Origin: a virus
Lineage: Duplodnaviria; Caudoviricetes
Direction: 5' to 3' (one strand)
Virus record (IMG/VR): IMGVR_UViG_3300010355_000588
Length of the DNA stretch: 64,000 nt
Positions 1 through 10,258 of the stretch are shown one piece after another. Both the position numbers and the translations under genes were made by a program. Below the pieces are notes generated by a model, which worked only from the letters and a program-made list of their open reading frames with translations, was not told where the DNA came from and ran no database searches. The first letter of the stretch is position 1. Each line of letters begins with the position of its first letter.

Positions 1-407
1 TCTGTCTTAATCACATGCTGATATCTATGTTGGGATGCCCATCCAGGTCCTGACTGGCAAGAAGCAAAGTACTTTGGATAGTTAGGATCAGCAGATTCAA
101 AGAATACCCAAACCTGAGCGCCATCGCCTGGAGTAACCATAGACGTATGTGGAACGGAGCTAATTCCAGTTTCCTGGTTTAGATCAGTAGTAGATTCAAG
201 CCTGTCGTTCTTCCAGCTTCCACCAAATAGTGACATGACAGGTTCAGCCCATGGCAATTTGGCAGGTTCAGTTTTCCAGATTTCTGGATATACTCCGAAG
301 ACAAAGATCTTAACTCTGCCTAAGAACTCTGGATCGTAATTGTCGACGACTATTCCACGTTCGATCGAATATACTTTTTCTTGCAATAGCTTGTGTTCGA
401 AATCCAT
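1..407 (-). CDS. gp5: Baseplate hub/spike gp5-like protein, N-terminal OB-fold (runs off the window edge)
   Basis: Manual translation from ATG 407 (SD AAGGAG): MDFEHKLLQEKVYSIERGIVVDNYDPEFLGRVKIFVFGVYP...LPWAEP...GAQVWVFFESADPNYPKYF, a typical gp5/VgrG OB-fold motif. Not in the ORF track. Confidence 0.85.
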   Translation of the reverse strand, partial: MDFEHKLLQEKVYSIERGIVVDNYDPEFLGRVKIFVFGVYPEIWKTEPAKLPWAEPVMSLFGGSWKNDRLESTTDLNQETGISSVPHTSMVTPGDGAQVWVFFESADPNYPKYFASCQSGPGWASQHRYQHVIKT

Positions 408-420
408 CAGTGCTCCTTGC

Positions 421-1683
421 TTATGAGAACGATTCGCTAGACATCGTAGACGTATCCATTTCTTCAGAACGTATTAGTGATAAGTCCTGGGTGAACCGGT
501 TCTTCGTTATCTTTCCAATTATTCTAGATATCAGCCACTTGCCGAAGAACCTATGGTAGTCTACGCTTGACTGATTGTCTACCATAATAGTGAACAGATC
601 GCCGGTGTTGCGTTGGACAAATCCAAAGACAGTGACTTGCACACAGTTCATCAGTTGAAACAGAGTGATGAACTTCTTGCCATAGTAAGAGAAGTTATTA
701 TGGAATTCAGTCTTAAAATTTCCATTTTGCTCATACCATGTAGACGATTTTCTATATAGATTCCTCATTGGAGAGATCAGGTCTGGGCTAGATGGTAGAT
801 ATTTCGAATACTTGTCGAAGTTCTTTTCTTCCTTCTTCCATTCGCGGGTCTTGTAGTCAAAGTAGTTGAGATCGATTGGCTTAGTGTGTTCTATCATGCC
901 CTTGCCTGTAATGAAGTTGTTCTGCATGACATTGTTGGCATATGATTCCAGACCTTCTGGAAAACCAAACTTGGTGGGCATCTTCGTAGCATTGAATTTC
1001 TTGTTCTTATTGGTATCGAATTCTTGAGCTATCGAGATGACCTTTAGCTGATCTTCATTTAGATTGTAATTGAGCATATAGATGCCATTGGTCTCATCAA
1101 CCGCTCTACCCATTAGATAATCGGTATTCGACTTGATAGTCCAGTTGACTGGAGTTATGTAGTCGAACTTATTAGAAGAATGGACCATCTCTCCATTGAA
1201 GACAAATGGAAGCCCAGATCCATCTAGAATGTTTTCGATAATCTGGGTTGCTGGAAGCGGATTGTCTGACTCGGTGCTATACCACTTCGTGCTTAGATTA
1301 AAGATCGGCCGATATTTGGATTGCGCCTTTATTTTAAAGATAGCTTCCTGGTTGCTAAAATCGACTAACGAAATATCATCTATTACGAAGAGATGGGTAA
1401 ATTCGTTCTTACCTGCTACGTTGACATGGTTTCTAAAGTAGAATGAGACTCCATATTCGCCATTAGCTTTGAAGCGGTTTATGATACGGTTGTCGGTGTC
1501 CTTGAACGTAAAGTCTAGAACTGGAAATGGAGAATATAGATCTAGCGAATACTCGACGTTGTTGATGAAGTCCCAGGGCAGAACCAACTGGTCCTTTTCT
1601 TCGAGATATTCCATATCCTCTGATAGGCGCCCAAGAGAAAGCTCAATGTCGAACTTTTCGTCGTTGAGAGTCACTGTTTCCAT
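421..1683 (-). CDS. Baseplate hub protein (gp27-like)
   Basis: 420 aa, directly upstream of gp5; C-terminal 'TGDLFTI...FGKWLISRI...F.QDL.L.R' fits hub proteins. Confidence 0.6.
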   Translation of the reverse strand: METVTLNDEKFDIELSLGRLSEDMEYLEEKDQLVLPWDFINNVEYSLDLYSPFPVLDFTFKDTDNRIINRFKANGEYGVSFYFRNHVNVAGKNEFTHLFVIDDISLVDFSNQEAIFKIKAQSKYRPIFNLSTKWYSTESDNPLPATQIIENILDGSGLPFVFNGEMVHSSNKFDYITPVNWTIKSNTDYLMGRAVDETNGIYMLNYNLNEDQLKVISIAQEFDTNKNKKFNATKMPTKFGFPEGLESYANNVMQNNFITGKGMIEHTKPIDLNYFDYKTREWKKEEKNFDKYSKYLPSSPDLISPMRNLYRKSSTWYEQNGNFKTEFHNNFSYYGKKFITLFQLMNCVQVTVFGFVQRNTGDLFTIMVDNQSSVDYHRFFGKWLISRIIGKITKNRFTQDLSLIRSEEMDTSTMSSESFS

Positions 1684-1692
1684 ACTGTACCT

Positions 1693-2064
1693 TTACTTGG
1701 CGTTGCGGATTTGCTGGAGAATTCGTTCGACCACCCTCTTGTCCAGGATTTTCAGCTCAGTGCCCACCGATGGAGTAGACGTAGCATCGGTCAGTTGGTT
1801 GGTCTTCAGAATCACCCACCATAGATCGATGGTGCCATATAGCTTGAACGAAATGCCAGGCCATGAATCGCCTTCAACTATAGTATAATATGACACAAGT
1901 TCGTTTGGAATGTTTTCGAAGTCTTTGATGTAGATAGTCTTGTTGAAGACATACTCGTACTTGTTGGTATCTGGACTATAACCAACATTGAAGAAGTTCG
2001 CAAGAGTAGTGGTTGGAAGTTTCACCCAACGTGCTTGATCTTGTTTGGTTATGATATTCTTCAT
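1693..2064 (-). CDS. gp53: Baseplate wedge protein, gp53-like (LysM fold)
   Basis: YTIVEGDSWPGISFKLYGTIDLWWVILKTN motif; baseplate context. Confidence 0.75.
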   Translation of the reverse strand: MKNIITKQDQARWVKLPTTTLANFFNVGYSPDTNKYEYVFNKTIYIKDFENIPNELVSYYTIVEGDSWPGISFKLYGTIDLWWVILKTNQLTDATSTPSVGTELKILDKRVVERILQQIRNAK

Positions 2065-3342
2065 TTATTCTTTTCTTCCAGTTGGTCTTGAAATACCTTC
2101 AGTTTCTCCTTTAGCTGCGCTTAATGCGTCGTCTTTAGTTGCCTTTAGACGATCTATTACCATTCCAAAATAATCTCCAAGACCAAAACGTTCGATCTGA
2201 TTTCCAACATATACCTGGTCTCTGTTTGTTCTATCGTAGAAATAATTAGCATACATGTTGAAGTTGTTGGGAACTAGACTGTTGATCTTTATAGTCATCT
2301 GATAAGCATCTGGATATAGCATTTCGTTCTCATCTGGCAATCCATATACGCTATGTACTCTCTTTAAGAAAGAAGTAACTTCTGGATTCGTACGAAGTCT
2401 ACCCATATATTTCGTATGTACTCCCATACTACAGAAATATAGATGTTGTCTACCTGGAATTTCTACGTCATATAGATTAGGACTACGTTGAATGAAATCC
2501 ATCTGAATCCAAAAGGCGCCAGATACGAACGAGTGGAGAAATTTGAAGTTCTTCTTTAGATGGTCGTTGTTGTCATTTATCAAATATAGAGTAAATTCGA
2601 AGGATGGCTCATCAGAAGACGAGCCCTTCTTCCATACTGGAGCTGTTGGGAAGTTGATATTGTATTCGTTTTGAAGCACCTGTTCCAGTTCAGATCCTAT
2701 GATATTTCCTGATCCACCCATTGACCATCCATTCGTGGTATCTGCTTTGATATAGTCATCTCCGAGATATGGCAGTTCATAAGATCCAAGATATCTACCA
2801 GACAGAAGACGTTTTACCATTTCGACTGGGTTACCTAAGGCAGGATGCTGTACCTGACCGTCTTTGAAAGAAAGACCAGTGGCATATTCTCGCATTAACT
2901 GATTTTCAAGGTACCAAGAGACAGCTTCTCCAACAGCGGCCGGCGGTGCAGTAACTAAACCACCTACTAATGGTATAGATCCAATAAGCTCGCCTGCTTT
3001 TGTTATAGAATTTGTTATTGGTTTCAGAATGGCTTCCCATTTGAATGATCTATCCGGTTGGAACTCAGTAAGAATAATTTTAGGCACTACCATATTCTGC
3101 CTAGACGAATCATAGACCATGTTCAGATCAAAGATTTCTGACCAATTGAAGTCAGATAATTTGTAAGATCTACTACCAGCCTGAATGTCATTCTCATATG
3201 AGAAATTGCCTTTAGATGTAGAAGACCTACTCCCATCTGCGTCGAACTTAGATAAGTCAGATTTCGTAGCAGCCCTAAAGGTCAAAGCGGATCTAATGTC
3301 GCCTTTTAGTTTTGATTCGTCTACCGTAGATGTGTCCGCCAT
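2065..3342 (-). CDS. Putative baseplate/tail-tube junction protein (gp48-like)
   Basis: 425 aa between tape measure and gp53; position only. Confidence 0.4.
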   Translation of the reverse strand: MADTSTVDESKLKGDIRSALTFRAATKSDLSKFDADGSRSSTSKGNFSYENDIQAGSRSYKLSDFNWSEIFDLNMVYDSSRQNMVVPKIILTEFQPDRSFKWEAILKPITNSITKAGELIGSIPLVGGLVTAPPAAVGEAVSWYLENQLMREYATGLSFKDGQVQHPALGNPVEMVKRLLSGRYLGSYELPYLGDDYIKADTTNGWSMGGSGNIIGSELEQVLQNEYNINFPTAPVWKKGSSSDEPSFEFTLYLINDNNDHLKKNFKFLHSFVSGAFWIQMDFIQRSPNLYDVEIPGRQHLYFCSMGVHTKYMGRLRTNPEVTSFLKRVHSVYGLPDENEMLYPDAYQMTIKINSLVPNNFNMYANYFYDRTNRDQVYVGNQIERFGLGDYFGMVIDRLKATKDDALSAAKGETEGISRPTGRKE

Positions 3343-3350
3343 AAAATTAT

Positions 3351-6302
3351 TTACCCCGCGTAAGCTGTAGCAAGATTCTGAATGTTAGTTCCCTTCACGA
3401 CCTTAGTAACGATAGGACGTTCTTTCTTGTTGGCTATTTTTTCTAGATTTTCGTTAGTTCTTTTGGTTTCTGCTAATTGCTCTTGTGATAGATCTCGCTC
3501 TGGTCTAACCATCTTAGTTTCAGAAGCCACGGTAGCTTCCTTTTGCAAAGACTCTACATATTTTTTATCTTCTGTACGATCCTTATTCTTTTCTATAATA
3601 TCTTGTCGTAACTCTGGATTATTTTCAGATATTTTTTCAAGTTTTTCATATTCTTTATTAGATTCAATATTTTCTAAAACTATATCTGAACCTACTTTAT
3701 CCTTCTTCTGCTCTTCGATCAGCATCGCGCTCTTTTCTTTACGTCTTTTTAGATCTGCTATTTTATTCTGCAATTCTTTATTATCATAAAAAATACCTCT
3801 AGATTTTTCTTCTGCATAATCATATAAATCTTTTTCAGACATTGTAAGCAGTGTATCATATTCTTCATCCCCAGAATCGATTCCCATGGATCCTAAAAGT
3901 TCTTGCTTTCTAGCAATGGATGCTTTCTCTAGTCTTAGCTCGGCTTCTTTATCAGAGATGCCAACGCCTGCTTGAAGCTTTTCAGACGTCTTAGTTTGAT
4001 CTTCTTTGCTAAGGCCTAGCTCCTTCGCTTTCTTAGCTGCCATTGTTTTAGCTGTAGCTACCTCGACTTCTGATTTTTTATTATGGGCTTCTATCTGTGC
4101 TTGATTGTATTTGTCCTGAACATCTTTAAAGACCTTATCATATATAGCTCCGCCAAATTTGTATCCAACATAAGCAGTGGCTGCCATGGCGGCGCCCTGC
4201 ATCAACAATGGATTTGTGGCGATGCTCATCAACTTTGGGCCAAGCGCAGTGACTAATTTGCCACCAAACTTGGACATCAAGCCGCCTAACTTGTTCTTAA
4301 GGAAGTTTTCTATAAATCCTTGCTTTTCGTCGCCCTTCTTTGCTGATTCTTCATCGATCTTCAATCCCTTTCCACTAGCTTCAGCAATGGTTTCCAAAAG
4401 TTCGATTTGTTCTTTATCCAAATCCATCTTTTGTTGTTCAATTGCAGCCTGAGCTTGTTGTTGTTGGCTCAATTCAGCTTCAGACGTCACGTTTGTTTTT
4501 TCTGGAACAGCCATATCCATTTTTTCAAAAAAGGCTGATTCTCCTAAAGCATCAGAAATTTTCTCTATTGCTTCTTTAGATAAACCAGCCTCAGGCGATG
4601 CTGTCTGTTTGTTAGATTCTATTTCAGTTTTTCTAGCGGTGTCTACAATATCTAAAGAATCTCGTTTTTCGTCGCTTGTAAGACCAGTAGAATCTGGTGT
4701 TGGATTTATTTCTTCTTTTGGTTTGACGTTGAAAAATAATTCTTCTGATTTCTGCTTTACTTTTTCTACAAACGCTTGTTGTTCTAAAATAGGCGCTTCT
4801 AACTTAGCAAGTTCGGATTTATTGGTTTCTATTTTTTCAGCAATGGCTGTAACTGCCTCTTTGTCTCTAGACATGTTCAAAAGGCGTTCTCTAGAAGCAA
4901 TTGTTTGTTCTATTTCTTTTATCTTCTCTAACAGAATTTTAGCCTCTGCGTCTGTTTCACCATCGACGCCTGGAGTAGTGATTCTATCTTCGTATTTAAA
5001 TTGCGCTTCTTTCAATTCATCTCTTGACTGATTTTGTGCTTGTAATATTTTTTCTTCTTCTTTAGCCCTAGCTTCATCAGAAGACTGCATCTTTGTTATT
5101 GTCTTGGCCATTTCTTCAAGCTGTTTTATTTCATCCCTTTTTGACTCAACTTCAGCCTGTTGATCTGGCGAAATAGCTGTTCTAAATTTTTCTAATACAT
5201 CATATTCTTTCTCAGATATAGCTAATTTTTCTTCAAACTGTGTCGTCAGCGACGCAAATAATTCCCTAGTTCTAGAATATTCTTCATTGACTTGTCTTTG
5301 GGAAGCTAAATATTTTATTAGTCTTTCATCTTGTATGTCTCTAAGCTCTATCTCACCTTTAGTATATTGCTCTAGCCATTTTTCTTTATCTAGACGTTCT
5401 GTCCATTCTAATTGTTTTATTTGTTTGTTTGCTTCTTCTATTTTTCTCTCTGCTTCAGCTGTTAAACCTTTTTTGTTTAAGATTTCGTCATTTTCTATTA
5501 TTTCCTGTTGTCTTATTTCTTTAGCACGATCAGCTTCTTCAATTTTAAGCTGAGATTCTTCTTTCAATATCTTAAACGTGTTAGACAACGCCTTTATTGG
5601 AGATATTTTTTCTAATCCTCCAAACGCTTTCGTAGCAAGCGTTGACCCCATTTTAGAAAAGGTTTTGTCCAAATTTCCCTTAAAATTAAGTATCCATGAT
5701 TCTTCCCTAGATGCCTCTGTCTTTGTCTTACGTGCTTTTATTATTTCATCTTTACGCCTGTCTTCTATGTCTCGTAATTTGTCCTTCATATCGGTAAGCT
5801 TTTCAAGCGAACCCTTTAGATATAATTCTATTTGTTTGTCTGTCTTATATTTTTTCTGTTCTAATTCTTTTAGGCTACCTCCAAGTTCTACAATATTATC
5901 TGTTAATTCTTTATTGAAGGTCTGTAATGATTGCTCAAATCCTTCTCTGAGTTTTTTGAATTCTGTTTTATCTCTAATGGCTGCGTCTTTAGCGGCTTCT
6001 TCTTCTGCTTTTCTATATTCCGAAGTTTCAGCATTGAACTTATCAAAAAGACCTTTATATTCAGTTCTTGTAGCTTTTTCGTTGCTTTCTAATTTTTTAG
6101 ATAGTTTTTCGAATGCTACGTCGTTGTCATGCGCTAAAGACTGCATTTCGTTTTGAATGACATAAGCAAACGTATTTTCTGCAAAATTCTTAAGCTGTTC
6201 GCTAGTGCTTTGCATGTATTTTAGCATCTCAGAATTTTGCTTCTGCTGAGCGATCTCACCAGGCAATTTCATCAAAGCGTCTGCACCAACTATTTCAGCC
6301 AT
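3351..6302 (-). CDS. Tape measure protein (gp29-like)
   Basis: 983 aa, coiled-coil rich, with a Gly/Ala hydrophobic segment; follows the chaperone genes. Confidence 0.7.
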   Translation of the reverse strand: MAEIVGADALMKLPGEIAQQKQNSEMLKYMQSTSEQLKNFAENTFAYVIQNEMQSLAHDNDVAFEKLSKKLESNEKATRTEYKGLFDKFNAETSEYRKAEEEAAKDAAIRDKTEFKKLREGFEQSLQTFNKELTDNIVELGGSLKELEQKKYKTDKQIELYLKGSLEKLTDMKDKLRDIEDRRKDEIIKARKTKTEASREESWILNFKGNLDKTFSKMGSTLATKAFGGLEKISPIKALSNTFKILKEESQLKIEEADRAKEIRQQEIIENDEILNKKGLTAEAERKIEEANKQIKQLEWTERLDKEKWLEQYTKGEIELRDIQDERLIKYLASQRQVNEEYSRTRELFASLTTQFEEKLAISEKEYDVLEKFRTAISPDQQAEVESKRDEIKQLEEMAKTITKMQSSDEARAKEEEKILQAQNQSRDELKEAQFKYEDRITTPGVDGETDAEAKILLEKIKEIEQTIASRERLLNMSRDKEAVTAIAEKIETNKSELAKLEAPILEQQAFVEKVKQKSEELFFNVKPKEEINPTPDSTGLTSDEKRDSLDIVDTARKTEIESNKQTASPEAGLSKEAIEKISDALGESAFFEKMDMAVPEKTNVTSEAELSQQQQAQAAIEQQKMDLDKEQIELLETIAEASGKGLKIDEESAKKGDEKQGFIENFLKNKLGGLMSKFGGKLVTALGPKLMSIATNPLLMQGAAMAATAYVGYKFGGAIYDKVFKDVQDKYNQAQIEAHNKKSEVEVATAKTMAAKKAKELGLSKEDQTKTSEKLQAGVGISDKEAELRLEKASIARKQELLGSMGIDSGDEEYDTLLTMSEKDLYDYAEEKSRGIFYDNKELQNKIADLKRRKEKSAMLIEEQKKDKVGSDIVLENIESNKEYEKLEKISENNPELRQDIIEKNKDRTEDKKYVESLQKEATVASETKMVRPERDLSQEQLAETKRTNENLEKIANKKERPIVTKVVKGTNIQNLATAYAG

Positions 6303-6305
6303 TGT

Positions 6306-6494
6306 CTAAGTACCTCTAGTCCTTCGTTCGTTTTCAGCCTTTATCTTATTTAGGATCAGATTGTAAAAAACTGCTTCATCGTTGCAAAGCATTTCATCTA
6401 TCTCGGTCAAGGAAAATCCACCGTGCTTCTTCAAGAACAACGCTGTATCGAAACTATCCTTGAAGAATTCGACGTCGGACTCCTTTAGTCGGTA
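6306..6494 (-). CDS. gp51-like tail/baseplate assembly chaperone extension, probably reached by -1 frameshift from the gp26-like gene
   Basis: Open -1 frame YRLKESDVEFFKDSFDTALFLKKHGGFSLTEIDEMLCNDEAVFYNLILNKIKAENERRTRGT*; no start codon ahead of the conserved part; begins at the T TTT TTT slippery site. Confidence 0.7.
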   Translation of the reverse strand, partial: YRLKESDVEFFKDSFDTALFLKKHGGFSLTEIDEMLCNDEAVFYNLILNKIKAENERRTRGT

Positions 6495-7297
6495 AAAAAA
6501 CTATCCAAATCAAAAAGACCCTCCTTAGCATCTCCGCATTTTGAGCAAGATACTATTGGAAATACTTTATCAAGCCTGTCAAATGGATAAGCGTTTAGAA
6601 TTAGACTAAATAGATTCGACTCGCCATATTTCTCAACATCGATAGAATTGTCCTGGATATGGTTCTCGACAAATAGTAGTTTGTCCACGAAGTTGTTGTC
6701 AGACCAGTCTTCGATTTCATTGCCAGTTATGAAAATCTTCTTTATGAATTGGATCGGATAAACTGACAATAGCATTCTCGTACGTTCTTCTTTTTCCTTG
6801 ACATGTTCTAAAATACGGTAGAAAGAAATATGGTCAGTCAAAGAAGCTTCTCCTAAGACAAACGAAATATCTCCAGTAAGCAACTCGACTCTTTCGAATT
6901 TTGGTTTTTCGGTTGCTGCTTTTGCGCATTTTTCGACGACTTCGCAAAGATCAAAGACATAGCGGAACTTGGAATCGCACTTCTTGCAAGTTATGGTATA
7001 TGTCAAAGGGGCAGCAATATTGTTCAATCTAAGCTGAGCAAGGGCTGACACGAAATCAAGTATGGTCATCTTGTCAATGTCCAACTCTGGGCAGCAATCC
7101 TTCATTAGACCCAACTTAGCTATCTGATAATCAGAATTTTTGTTATCTTCTTCTCCGAGAGCTACCTTAGCTAAGTTCTTCCGTTGGCGTAGGTTGAAGT
7201 GTTTGAACAGATTAGTAGATCCATTTGGCAATTTTACCTCGAACATGCTGCGATTGTTCTTGGCATCCATCATTTTGATTGCGTCGTCTAACTTCAT
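6485..7297 (-). CDS. gp26: Baseplate hub assembly chaperone (gp26-like)
   Basis: 'FEVKLPNG...FKHFNLRQRKNL', two CxxC pairs, C-terminal 'DSFF'; upstream of tape measure. Confidence 0.7.
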   Translation of the reverse strand: MKLDDAIKMMDAKNNRSMFEVKLPNGSTNLFKHFNLRQRKNLAKVALGEEDNKNSDYQIAKLGLMKDCCPELDIDKMTILDFVSALAQLRLNNIAAPLTYTITCKKCDSKFRYVFDLCEVVEKCAKAATEKPKFERVELLTGDISFVLGEASLTDHISFYRILEHVKEKEERTRMLLSVYPIQFIKKIFITGNEIEDWSDNNFVDKLLFVENHIQDNSIDVEKYGESNLFSLILNAYPFDRLDKVFPIVSCSKCGDAKEGLFDLDSFFTD

Positions 7298-7312
7298 ACT
7301 GATACTCCTAAA

Positions 7313-7996
7313 TTATGTTGGCTTTGGAACACCTAGAATTTCTGAGATAAGATCCCAGATTCCTAGACTAGACTTGTTTTTGAAATTGGTTATTGGCAGA
7401 ATCTTGTTGAACTCGAAGCCTACTGATCTTGTCTTTGGAGTAGTGGCTGCATAATCGGAATCAGGCGTATCGACAAAAGTCGGATATGCTCCGTATATCT
7501 TGTAGATAAGCGAAATGTCGTCCTCAGACGCGAGTTTTCCTGCAGTAGATTCGTTCCAAAAGTAATAGAGTTCTATAGTAGAACGAACCAATGGATATCT
7601 TGATCTACGCTCAGACCTAGCTTCTACGTTTTCCATCATCCATGGCACGAAGAAGTTTTCAATGACTGGATATTCAGTGTCCAAAAAAACCACAGAAAAT
7701 GTCTGTTTGTCAGCAGCTATTGGATTTGAACCAGGACCAATGAAATTTCCTGCGAAGTTCGAAACGTTGGGCTGACCCTCTGGATTGATTTGAATATTCG
7801 GAAGATTGCAGCTGACGAATAGATATGATAGATCGTCTATATTATACTCTGTAGAACTTAGAAAGTTAGGTCTGCTGTTGTCTTCGAAGCTGAGCTTAAA
7901 AACGCATTTGGGTCTGAACGCGATGGTGAATTTGCCATCGTCAGACCCAGAATTGTTCTGAAACTTGGAATACCATTCGGCTAATAGGGACATCAA
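7313..7996 (-). CDS. Tail-tube-fold protein (gp54-like tail tube initiator)
   Basis: 'SCNLPNI...FSVVFLD...FFVPWM...YKIYGAYPT' tube-fold pattern; next to tail tube. Confidence 0.6.
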   Translation of the reverse strand: MMSLLAEWYSKFQNNSGSDDGKFTIAFRPKCVFKLSFEDNSRPNFLSSTEYNIDDLSYLFVSCNLPNIQINPEGQPNVSNFAGNFIGPGSNPIAADKQTFSVVFLDTEYPVIENFFVPWMMENVEARSERRSRYPLVRSTIELYYFWNESTAGKLASEDDISLIYKIYGAYPTFVDTPDSDYAATTPKTRSVGFEFNKILPITNFKNKSSLGIWDLISEILGVPKPT

Positions 7997-8036
7997 CCGC
8001 TCCCTATGTTAAAGGTTCGTATTTCTACTATCCGAA

Positions 8037-8606
8037 TTAGGCACGGCCTGGGCCAGAAGCTTCGCCAAGCGGATCGCCTTTGTCTTCTGGATAGAAGTAC
8101 TGATATTGAATTCCCAATGTGAATGTAGCAACTCCTGTATCTGTATGGCTAAGAGTAATTTCACCAGGAGAAGTTGGCCAAATTCCAACCATGACATAAG
8201 ATTTCGTGATTTTCTCAAGAGTCATGTCGAGAACATCGATATAAGCCTTATATGCTGGGATTTTCTTGTTGCCTCCACCGGATTTCTTGAGGTCAGCAAA
8301 TTCGTCCATCCATTCGTCGACAATGTCACGAATCTTGAGTTCGGCGTCACATACGACCTCAGTCGACCAAGATCCAGAGAAAGTCAAGTTGTTGGGAAGA
8401 TTGAACGTCATTCCGAAGAACTGCAAAGGCGCTGGATTCAGAGTAGCTGCTGGAATTGGACCACCTTGGGCGTGGAAGGTGAAGCGGTTATTGTCGCCGA
8501 ACTTGTCGCTGATAGGCTCGATAGTAATCTGGAAATGATTCTTGAACTGAACCCCGTTTTGGACGAGGTTGTTGTAGAATTCCGAAAGTTTTCTAACATC
8601 TGCCAT
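8037..8606 (-). CDS. gp19: Tail tube protein
   Basis: 'FFGMTFNLPNNLTFSGSWSTEV.CD...DEWMD...GIWPTSPGEITL...FTLGIQYQY'; late promoter upstream. Confidence 0.8.
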   Translation of the reverse strand: MADVRKLSEFYNNLVQNGVQFKNHFQITIEPISDKFGDNNRFTFHAQGGPIPAATLNPAPLQFFGMTFNLPNNLTFSGSWSTEVVCDAELKIRDIVDEWMDEFADLKKSGGGNKKIPAYKAYIDVLDMTLEKITKSYVMVGIWPTSPGEITLSHTDTGVATFTLGIQYQYFYPEDKGDPLGEASGPGRA

Positions 8607-8638
8607 GGTATTTCTCCAAGTTAATTAGTTGTCAGCAA

Positions 8639-8646
8639 TATTTATA
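8639..8646 (-). promoter_or_regulatory. T4-type late promoter TATAAATA for tail tube operon
   Basis: Exact TATAAATA about 30 bp upstream of gp19. Confidence 0.75.
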
Positions 8647-8677
8647 GATTAGATATATTTATGCGAACTGTCTGAAG

Positions 8678-8699
8678 GCCAAAAGAAAGGGCAGTGGTT
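8678..8699 (+). repeat. 22-bp direct repeat, left copy (GCCAAAAGAAAGGGCAGTGGTT)
   Basis: Identical to 10259..10280; the two copies flank the endonuclease-like gene. Confidence 0.9.
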
Positions 8700-8758
8700 C
8701 TAGATCTTGTGTCAAAGTGTAATTATATTCATGCACAAAATAACTAAAGGAAAAGCTA

Positions 8759-10252
8759 ATGGACACTATCAATATCGAAGCATTGAAAGCAACCATAAAT
8801 TCCAAGAGAGACAAATATTCGCCATTATCCATCTTGATTAAAGACAAACACCCAGACGTCTACCAATATCTCTCTTCCATCGATGGAGAATTCTCTGAAA
8901 AGCTATATCTATTGCTTAATGGAGAACGGCCAGTCTGCGAATATTGCGGAGGTCCAGTAAAGTTCAAGAACTTCCTAGATGGATTTGCTAAGACATGTAG
9001 CAAGAAATGCGCTGCCAAGAATCCAAATCGGTCAGAAAAGATCAAGAAAACCAATATGACGAAGTATGGCCAATCTTGCTCATTGCACGATACCACTAAT
9101 AAAGCCAAGACGAAAAGAACTTTAATGAAAAGGTATGGAGTCACTAACGCTTTCCAGATTCCGGCAGTTCAAAATAAGTTAGCTGAAAAAGAATATGCCA
9201 ATTGGTTAAAGATATTCGAAGAGCTGAAATTGAGTCCACTGTTTTCTTTAGAACAATATAGAGAATCTGAAAAAACCAAGCCGTTTGAATTCAAGTGTCT
9301 GGTTTGTGAAGAGATCTTTTCGGCGTATATCTGCAATGGATGGCGTCCGAAATGTCCAAATTGCTTCAAGAAGACAAAGCAATCATCCAACTTCCAGCAA
9401 GAAATCTACTCATATTTAAAGCAACTGTTCAACTACGAGACCAGCATTAGAATAAACGACCGACAGGTTCTGAATCCACTTGAGCTGGATTTCTATCTGT
9501 CAGAATATTCGACAGCCATCGAGTGCGACGGGACTTATTGGCATTCAGATGAGCGAAAGCCAAAAAGCTACCATGTCAAGAAAACAGAAGCATGTCTTGA
9601 AAAAAACATCAAGTTGATTCATATTCTAGAATCTCAGTGGGAAACTAAACAGAAAATAATCAAAGCAAGGCTGAAGCACTCCTTCCAGAAGACCAAATAT
9701 TCTATCTATGGAAGAAAGTGCGAGATCAGACATATCGACAACAAGAAATGCTCAGCTTTCTTGGACAAGTACCATATCCAGGGAAGCGATAAGTCGTCAG
9801 TGAAATATGGAGCGTTTTACAAGAACCGTCTGGTAGCTGTAATGACTTTCTCAAAGGCCCGCTTCGATAAGAAGGCTGAGTGGGAGATGGTTCGCTTTTG
9901 CACCATCGCTCACTTCAATGTTCTAGGCATAGCTGGAAAGTTGCTGAAGCAATTCGAAGTAGATAAAACTCCATCTAGTCTAGTGACTTATGCTGATAGA
10001 TCTTGGTCTGAAGGATCCAGCTATCTAAAGCTTGGATTCAAATTTTCTCATAACTCCTCGCCTAATTACTGGTATTATGGAGTTAGATCGTACAATGGAT
10101 TGAAACTATCTAGAATCCAATGCCAGAAACATAAGCTATCTAAGCTACTGAAGAAGTTCGACCCAACTATGTCTGAATATGAGAACATGAAGGCTAATAG
10201 CTTCTTCCGGGTTTGGGATTGTGGCAATGCTGTATATAAGAAGACATATTGA
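8759..10252 (+). CDS. Homing-endonuclease-like protein: Zn-ribbon + KYG repeats + Vsr/DUF559-like PD-(D/E)xK nuclease + C-terminal GNAT-like domain
   Basis: ELDFYL...AIECDGTYWHS...LIHILE; C-terminal HIQG...LVAVMTF...WEMVRFC...YADRSWS...RVWDCG; antisense insertion between tube and sheath. Confidence 0.7.
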   Translation: MDTINIEALKATINSKRDKYSPLSILIKDKHPDVYQYLSSIDGEFSEKLYLLLNGERPVCEYCGGPVKFKNFLDGFAKTCSKKCAAKNPNRSEKIKKTNMTKYGQSCSLHDTTNKAKTKRTLMKRYGVTNAFQIPAVQNKLAEKEYANWLKIFEELKLSPLFSLEQYRESEKTKPFEFKCLVCEEIFSAYICNGWRPKCPNCFKKTKQSSNFQQEIYSYLKQLFNYETSIRINDRQVLNPLELDFYLSEYSTAIECDGTYWHSDERKPKSYHVKKTEACLEKNIKLIHILESQWETKQKIIKARLKHSFQKTKYSIYGRKCEIRHIDNKKCSAFLDKYHIQGSDKSSVKYGAFYKNRLVAVMTFSKARFDKKAEWEMVRFCTIAHFNVLGIAGKLLKQFEVDKTPSSLVTYADRSWSEGSSYLKLGFKFSHNSSPNYWYYGVRSYNGLKLSRIQCQKHKLSKLLKKFDPTMSEYENMKANSFFRVWDCGNAVYKKTY

Positions 10253-10258
10253 GAAGAA

